DNA of 64,000 nucleotides from Escherichia coli (GTDB lineage Bacteria; Pseudomonadota; Gammaproteobacteria; Enterobacterales; Enterobacteriaceae): NCBI RefSeq assembly GCF_030013205.1, contig NZ_CP122648.1; one strand, 5' to 3'. Shown piece by piece: positions 58,102 to 64,000 of this stretch (position 1 is its first letter; each line of letters starts with the position of its first letter). The notes under the pieces were generated by a model. It saw only the letters and a program-made list of their open reading frames with translations, ran no database searches and was not told where the DNA came from. The position numbers and the translations under genes were made by a program.

Positions 58102-59529
58102 ATGAGCGATAAAAAGAAGCGCAGTATGGCGGGTTTGCCGTGGATCGCGGCGATGGCCTTCTTCATGCAGGCACTTGATGCCACTATTCTGAATACCGCC
58201 TTACCCGCAATCGCTCATAGCCTTAATCGTTCTCCTCTCGCGATGCAATCAGCCATCATCAGTTATACGCTGACGGTGGCGATGCTTATTCCGGTAAGCG
58301 GATGGCTAGCCGATCGCTTCGGTACGCGTCGCATATTTACCCTTGCCGTGAGTCTGTTCACGTTGGGTTCTCTGGCCTGCGCACTTTCTAACTCGCTACC
58401 ACAGCTGGTTGTCTTCCGGGTTATTCAGGGGATAGGCGGCGCAATGATGATGCCTGTTGCTCGGCTGGCCTTACTGCGCGCTTATCCTCGTAATGAGCTT
58501 CTTCCTGTATTGAATTTTGTCGCCATGCCGGGTCTGGTGGGGCCAATTTTAGGCCCCGTTCTTGGCGGCGTGCTGGTCACCTGGGCAACCTGGCACTGGA
58601 TATTTTTAATCAATATCCCCATAGGTATTGCGGGCCTTCTTTACGCGCGCAAACATATGCCCAATTTCACCACCGCACGACGCAGATTCGATATCACTGG
58701 CTTTTTGCTGTTTGGCCTTAGCCTTGTTCTCTTCTCAAGCGGAATAGAGCTATTCGGGGAAAAGATTGTCGCCAGTTGGATTGCCTTGACGGTAATTGTC
58801 ACCAGCATCGGGTTACTGCTTCTCTATATTCTCCATGCACGACGCACGCCAAACCCATTAATTTCATTAGATTTATTTAAAACCCGCACTTTCTCGATCG
58901 GTATCGTAGGCAATATTGCAACCCGTCTGGGGACCGGCTGTGTACCGTTCCTTATGCCATTGATGTTACAGGTAGGATTTGGTTATCAGGCGTTTATTGC
59001 CGGCTGTATGATGGCACCGACAGCGTTAGGTTCCATTATTGCAAAATCGATGGTTACCCAAGTCTTACGTCGTCTGGGCTATCGCCATACGTTAGTGGGG
59101 ATCACGGTGATTATTGGGCTAATGATCGCTCAGTTCTCTTTGCAATCACCAGCAATGGCGATATGGATGCTGATCTTGCCGTTGTTTATATTAGGGATGG
59201 CTATGTCGACGCAATTTACCGCAATGAATACCATCACACTTGCCGATCTGACCGATGACAACGCCAGCAGCGGTAACAGTGTTCTGGCGGTCACGCAGCA
59301 ACTGTCTATCAGTTTAGGCGTTGCTGTAAGTGCGGCCGTCCTTCGCGTTTATGAAGGGATGGAAGGCACAACGACAGTCGAACAATTCCACTATACGTTT
59401 ATCACGATGGGCATTATTACTGTTGCTTCAGCAGCAATGTTCATGCTTCTGAAAACAACCGATGGTAATAATTTGATCAAAAGACAGCGTAAATCTAAGC
59501 CGAACCGCGTTCCATCAGAATCGGAGTAA
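58102..59529 (+). CDS. hsrA: MFS transporter (putative efflux)
   Basis: 475-aa polytopic membrane ORF. Confidence 0.85.
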
Positions 59530-60487
59530 GTTGTAATCGTTGTTGCTGAAGGGTCGGCTGGGTTATCCGATGGATGAGTACATCAATCGCCAGCTCCCCC
59601 AGTTCATCTTTCGGTTGGTGGATAGTGGTTAATGGTGGCGTCATAAAGCTTGCCAGTTCGATATCGTCATAGCCAATCACCGCGATATCCTGCGGAACCT
59701 GTAACTCTGCCTGATACAGCGCCTGGTAAACGCCAACAGCCATAGCGTCATTTCCGGTAAAGACGGCCTGAGGACGCAGCGGATGTGATAACAGTTGGCG
59801 CATGGCGTCAAACCCGCCGTTAAATTCAAAATCACCAGTGACTTCATAGCCATCAGGAATGTTGAGGCCCGCACGTTTCATCGCCGCCCGATAACCTTCC
59901 AACCGCAGGCGCGCCGGAGTTTTATCCAGCGGACCGGTAATACAGGCGATACGGGTATGACCTTTATCGATCAGATATTGCGTTGCTAAGTCTCCGCCCA
60001 GCAACGAGTTATCCTGAATAAGATCGCTGTCGCCATCGAACGGAGCCCAGTCCATCATCACAGTAGGCACTGTCGGATAACGTTGCATGATTTCACGCGA
60101 AGGTTGATGCGTTTCGGTGCACAGTAACAGCAAGCCATCAACGCGTTTTTGCATCAGCGTTTCCAGATTGCGATTCATCCGCTGTTCATCGCCTTCGGTA
60201 TTGCAAAGGACGAGACTATAACCGCGTTCGAAGCAGCTGCGTTCAACGCCACGCACTAGTTCTGAATAGAAAGGATTGGTACTGGCAGTGATCAACATGC
60301 CAATGGTATGTGTTTGATTGAGCTTGAGGCTACGCGCCAGAGCTGATGGCGCGTAATTGAGTTCTTTAATCGCCGCTTCAACTTTGGCGGTAATCGCTTC
60401 ACTGACGAAGCGATCTTTATTGATAACGTGAGAAACTGTTGAGGTAGAAACGCCCGCCAGGCGGGCAACATCTTTCATTGTAGCCAA
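59495..60487 (-). CDS. rbsR: ribose operon repressor (LacI family)
   Basis: 330-aa ORF with N-terminal [27 protein letters not shown]; convergent 35-bp overlap with hsrA. Confidence 0.9.
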
Positions 60488-60490
60488 GCG

Positions 60491-61420
60491 TCACCTCTGC
60501 CTGTCTAAAAATGCGTCGATCTCTTCACGCCACGGTACGGAAGGTTGTGCGCCTTTACGTGTTACGGCAATCGCAGCGGCGGCATGGGCAAAACGAATCG
60601 CCTCTGGCAATGGTTTTTCTTCCAGCAACGCCGTGATTAACGCGCCGTTAAAGGTATCTCCGGCAGCAATGGTATCGACAGCCTGCACCCGGAATCCAGG
60701 AACGCGCTGACCTTCACCATTCACGCTAGCCCATACACCACGACTTCCTAAAGTAATCAGTACAGTACGGATACCTTTTTCATGCAGTACCTGCGCCGCC
60801 TTCGCTGCATCTTCATCATTTTCAACACGAATACCGGTGAGCTTTTCTGCTTCCGTTTCGTTTGGCGTAATAATGTCCACCAGCGCCAGCAGTTCGTCAG
60901 GAAGTTCGCGAGCCGGAGCCGGGTTAAGCGCAACGATAGTCTTATTTTGATGGGCGATTTTCGCCGCTGCGATCACACTTTCGAGTGGTGATTCCAGCTG
61001 CATTAATAATGCTGACGCGTTGGCAATACGCTCACGTTGCGCTTCCACCAGCGCAGGGGAAAGGGCAGCATTAGCGCCGGCATGAATACCAATGACATTC
61101 TCACCTTCGCCATTAACAAAAATCAGCGCCACACCTGTTGATTCGCCTTTGATCACGCTGACCGGAGAAATATCAATGTTATCAGTGGCGAGCTGCTGGC
61201 GAACGCTCTCACCAATACTGTCATCACCCGTACAGGCAATAAACGCGATATTCGCACCGCTACGCCCAGCAGCCACAGCCTGATTAGCGCCTTTGCCGCC
61301 AAATGCAACCTGATAGTGGTTACCGGTTACGGTTTCGCCTGGAGTAGGAAAAGATTGAAGATTAAGAATGTGGTCAGCATTAATGCTGCCAAGAACAACG
61401 AGGCTGCCTGCGTTTTGCAT
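60491..61420 (-). CDS. rbsK: ribokinase
   Basis: 309 aa from MQNAGSLVVLGSINADH, PfkB family; track ORF over-extended. Confidence 0.9.
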   Translation of the reverse strand: MQNAGSLVVLGSINADHILNLQSFPTPGETVTGNHYQVAFGGKGANQAVAAGRSGANIAFIACTGDDSIGESVRQQLATDNIDISPVSVIKGESTGVALIFVNGEGENVIGIHAGANAALSPALVEAQRERIANASALLMQLESPLESVIAAAKIAHQNKTIVALNPAPARELPDELLALVDIITPNETEAEKLTGIRVENDEDAAKAAQVLHEKGIRTVLITLGSRGVWASVNGEGQRVPGFRVQAVDTIAAGDTFNGALITALLEEKPLPEAIRFAHAAAAIAVTRKGAQPSVPWREEIDAFLDRQR

Positions 61421-61545
61421 ATTCGGGATGTCCATAAAATGCGCCACCGTGTTAGGGTGGCGCGTGCCCTGCTTTTCTTTATATTACACGTTCATCTGTC
61501 GATGCCGTATTTATGTCACCATCAGGTCATACAACCTGATTAAAA

Positions 61546-62436
61546 CTACTGCTTAACAACCAGTTTCAGATCAACCGGATACTTAGCCTGAACTTTCTCG
61601 CCTTTCAGTACTTTATCTGCGGTTTCGACGCCTTTCGCGCCAATCTGATCGGGTAGCTGAGCGATAGTCGCTGCTAGTTTGCCATCATTCACCGCTTTTT
61701 CGCCATCCGGTGTACCATCAAATCCGACGACCATCACATCCGATTTACCGGCAGTTTGCAGTGCGCGCAGCGCGCCCAGCGCCATTTCATCATTCTGCGC
61801 GAATACAGCCTGAACATCCGGATGTGCGGTCAACAGGTTCTGCATTACGTTCAAACCTTTAGTGCGATCAAAATCTGCTGGCTGGCTGGCAAGAACATTA
61901 AACTTGTGAGCAGCAACAGCCTGCTGGAAGCCTTCGCCACGTTCACGGGCTGCGGATGTACCGGCAATGCCTTGCAGCTCGATAACTTTGGCACCTTCAC
62001 CCGCTTTCTTCGCGATGTAATCACCGGCGATTTTGCCGCCCAGTACGTTATCAGAAGCAATGTGGCTCACCACTTCACCTTTCGTTGCCTGGCGGTCAAG
62101 AGTGATAACCGGGATGTTCGCCTGGTTAGCCATCTTCACAGCATTACCCACTGCGTCGGAGTCGGTCGGGTTAATCAGCAGAATTTTGGTGCCGCGAACG
62201 GTTAAGTCCTGCACGTTCGCCAGCTCTTTCGCCGGGTTGTTCTGGGAGTCCAGCACCACCAGGTTATAGCCAAGTTTATCCGCCTCTTTCTGCGCGCCAT
62301 CTTTCAGCGATACAAAGAACGGGTTGTTAAGCGTGGAGACCACCAGCGCGATGGTGTCTTTTGCCATCGCATTCGCACTGACGGTGGCGCTTAGCGCAAC
62401 AGCGGAAACCAGGGTAGCCAGTTTTTTCATGTTCAT
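61546..62436 (-). CDS. rbsB: ribose ABC transporter periplasmic binding protein
   Basis: signal peptide [23 protein letters not shown]; start at the ATG inside the TTG-initiated track ORF. Confidence 0.9.
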   Translation of the reverse strand: MNMKKLATLVSAVALSATVSANAMAKDTIALVVSTLNNPFFVSLKDGAQKEADKLGYNLVVLDSQNNPAKELANVQDLTVRGTKILLINPTDSDAVGNAVKMANQANIPVITLDRQATKGEVVSHIASDNVLGGKIAGDYIAKKAGEGAKVIELQGIAGTSAARERGEGFQQAVAAHKFNVLASQPADFDRTKGLNVMQNLLTAHPDVQAVFAQNDEMALGALRALQTAGKSDVMVVGFDGTPDGEKAVNDGKLAATIAQLPDQIGAKGVETADKVLKGEKVQAKYPVDLKLVVKQ

Positions 62437-62460
62437 ATTCAAGATGTCCTGTAGTCGTTA

Positions 62461-63426
62461 TTACTGCTTTTTGTTGTCTACCAGCACCGCCAGCAAAATC
62501 ACCACCGCTTTGACGATCATCTGGTAATAGGAGGAAACACCTAACAAATTCAATCCATTATTAAGGAAGCCAAGAATTAATGCGCCGATCAACGTCCCAA
62601 CAATGCGACCTTTTCCGCCCGCCAGACTCGTACCGCCCAGAACCACCGCAGCAATAGCATCCAGCTCATAGCCAGTCCCCGCCGTGGGTTGTGCGGAGGA
62701 GAGACGCGCCACTTCAATGATCCCGGCCAGCGATGCCAGCAGACCACAAAGAGAATAGACGATGATTTTGATTTTATTGACGTTGATACCAGAAAGACGC
62801 GTTGCCGCTTCGTTGCCGCCCAGCGCGTAGATGTAACGCCCCAAACGCGTGTGATGCAGCATGTACCAGGCCGCGAGGAACACAATCCCCATGATCCAGA
62901 CTGGCGTCGGTACGCCCAGCGGACGACCGATCCCAAACCAGCCAAACAGATCGGCGTTCTCAGTAAAGCCGGTATTCACTGGGCTACCGTTGGTATAAAC
63001 CATGGTCACGCCGCGCAGTAAAAGCATCATAACCAGCGTAGCGATAAACGCCTGGACGCGACCTTTCGCTACAATCACCCCGGTTACCGCACCAATTGCG
63101 GCACCTAACGCGAGAGCGGCAGCGACAGCCACCAGCGCATTGACTTCAATGCCGACGATAGATGCAGCAACTGCGCCGGTCAGCGCCAATAGAGAACCTA
63201 CCGACAAGTCGATGCCCGACGTCAGGATCACCAGCGTCATCCCGACTGCCATAATGGCGTTCACCGAGGTTTGCTGGAGAATATTGAATAAGTTATTGAT
63301 GGTGAAAAAGTTCGGGCTTAACGTCGAGACAATCGCGATCAGCACCAGCAGAGCGATAAGCGATTTCTGCTCCATCAGCCACGCTTTCGTGAAATAACGG
63401 CGACCAGAGACAGTCTGGGTTGTCAT
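62461..63426 (-). CDS. rbsC: ribose ABC transporter permease
   Basis: 321-aa polytopic membrane ORF. Confidence 0.9.
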   Translation of the reverse strand: MTTQTVSGRRYFTKAWLMEQKSLIALLVLIAIVSTLSPNFFTINNLFNILQQTSVNAIMAVGMTLVILTSGIDLSVGSLLALTGAVAASIVGIEVNALVAVAAALALGAAIGAVTGVIVAKGRVQAFIATLVMMLLLRGVTMVYTNGSPVNTGFTENADLFGWFGIGRPLGVPTPVWIMGIVFLAAWYMLHHTRLGRYIYALGGNEAATRLSGINVNKIKIIVYSLCGLLASLAGIIEVARLSSAQPTAGTGYELDAIAAVVLGGTSLAGGKGRIVGTLIGALILGFLNNGLNLLGVSSYYQMIVKAVVILLAVLVDNKKQ

Positions 63427-63430
63427 TTTT

Positions 63431-64000
63431 TTACTCCTGATTCACGCGATTAAGCTTGCCCACAGCGGCAGCCATTAACACTTCCTGGGTGGCCTGCTCA
63501 CGAGTAAATTCCCCGCTGAGATGCCCTTCATGCATGACGATGATGCGATCGCTCATGCCTAATACTTCTGGCATCTCCGATGACACCAGAATGATGCTCA
63601 AGCCATCGGCTTTGAACTGGTTAATCAGTTGATAGATCTCTTTTTTCGCGCCGACATCTACGCCACGGGTAGGCTCATCGAGGATCAACACTTTGGGGCG
63701 TGTCATCAGACCACGGGCAATCGCCACTTTTTGCTGATTGCCACCGGAAAGCAGACCAATTGCCTGTTCCATCGACGGCGTTTTCACATTAAACAGACGA
63801 ATGAAATCACTTACTGCCTGCTGTTCATCGGCATGCTTCAAACTGCCGCCAGCGCGGCTGAAGTAGCGCAGCGCGGTCAGCGACATATTCTCTTTTACTG
63901 ACATGCCCAGCACTAAACCGTCACGTTTACGGTCTTCGGAGATATACACAATGCCGTTTGCCAGGCCATCCTGCGGTGAACGGGTAACAACTTCATGCCC
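63431..64000 (-). CDS. rbsA: ribose ABC transporter ATP-binding protein, C-terminal part (gene continues past the window end)
   Basis: ABC signature LSGGNQQKV and Walker B ILDEPT present; N-terminal portion lies outside the window. Confidence 0.85.

Noticed and set aside
59495-59529. 35-bp overlap of the convergent hsrA and rbsR 3' ends
   Set aside because: Convergent overlaps of this size occur in compact genomes; both ORFs are full length and nothing suggests a rearrangement.

Overview
The window reads as an Escherichia coli-type chromosomal segment, in the opposite orientation to the conventional K-12 map. Gene identities come from my recognition of the translated ORFs and RNA sequences; no database search was run. 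Gene order: aslA, aslB, tRNA cluster proM-leuT-hisR-argX, yifK, the enterobacterial common antigen (wec/rff) cluster, rho with its rhoL leader, trxA, rhlB, gppA, rep, a PemK/MazF-like ORF, ppiC, ilvC/ilvY, ilvA-D-E-M-G with the ilvL leader and attenuator, comM, yifE, hdfR, a complete rRNA operon (16S, tRNA-Glu, 23S, 5S, tRNA-Asp, tRNA-Trp, rrnC-like), yieP, hsrA, and rbsR-K-B-C-A (rbsA truncated by the window end). The main accessory feature is a ~14.7 kb integrative element (34194-48916) that splits comM into a 5' stub and a 3' remnant, bounded by a 10-bp direct repeat. It has the layout of a phage satellite / phage-inducible chromosomal island: integrase, AlpA-like regulator, antirepressor-like gene, a divergent promoter with palindromic operators, a RecA/DnaB-like replication ATPase followed by an iteron origin, ProQ/FinO-like and PerC-like regulators, an operon of uncharacterised proteins including a 679-aa low-complexity protein, and an HTH protein followed by a GTGTCAAC repeat array. 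I could not assign a function to most of its cargo; if there is a previously undescribed system in this window, the uncharacterised operon at 42732-46994 and the paralogue cluster at 38245-39098 are the best candidates. Other deviations from the K-12 layout as I remember it: rffG-rffH are absent between wecC and wecD, ilvG is intact, the yifN-like toxin ORF is intact, and yifE appears truncated by a 1-nt homopolymer change.
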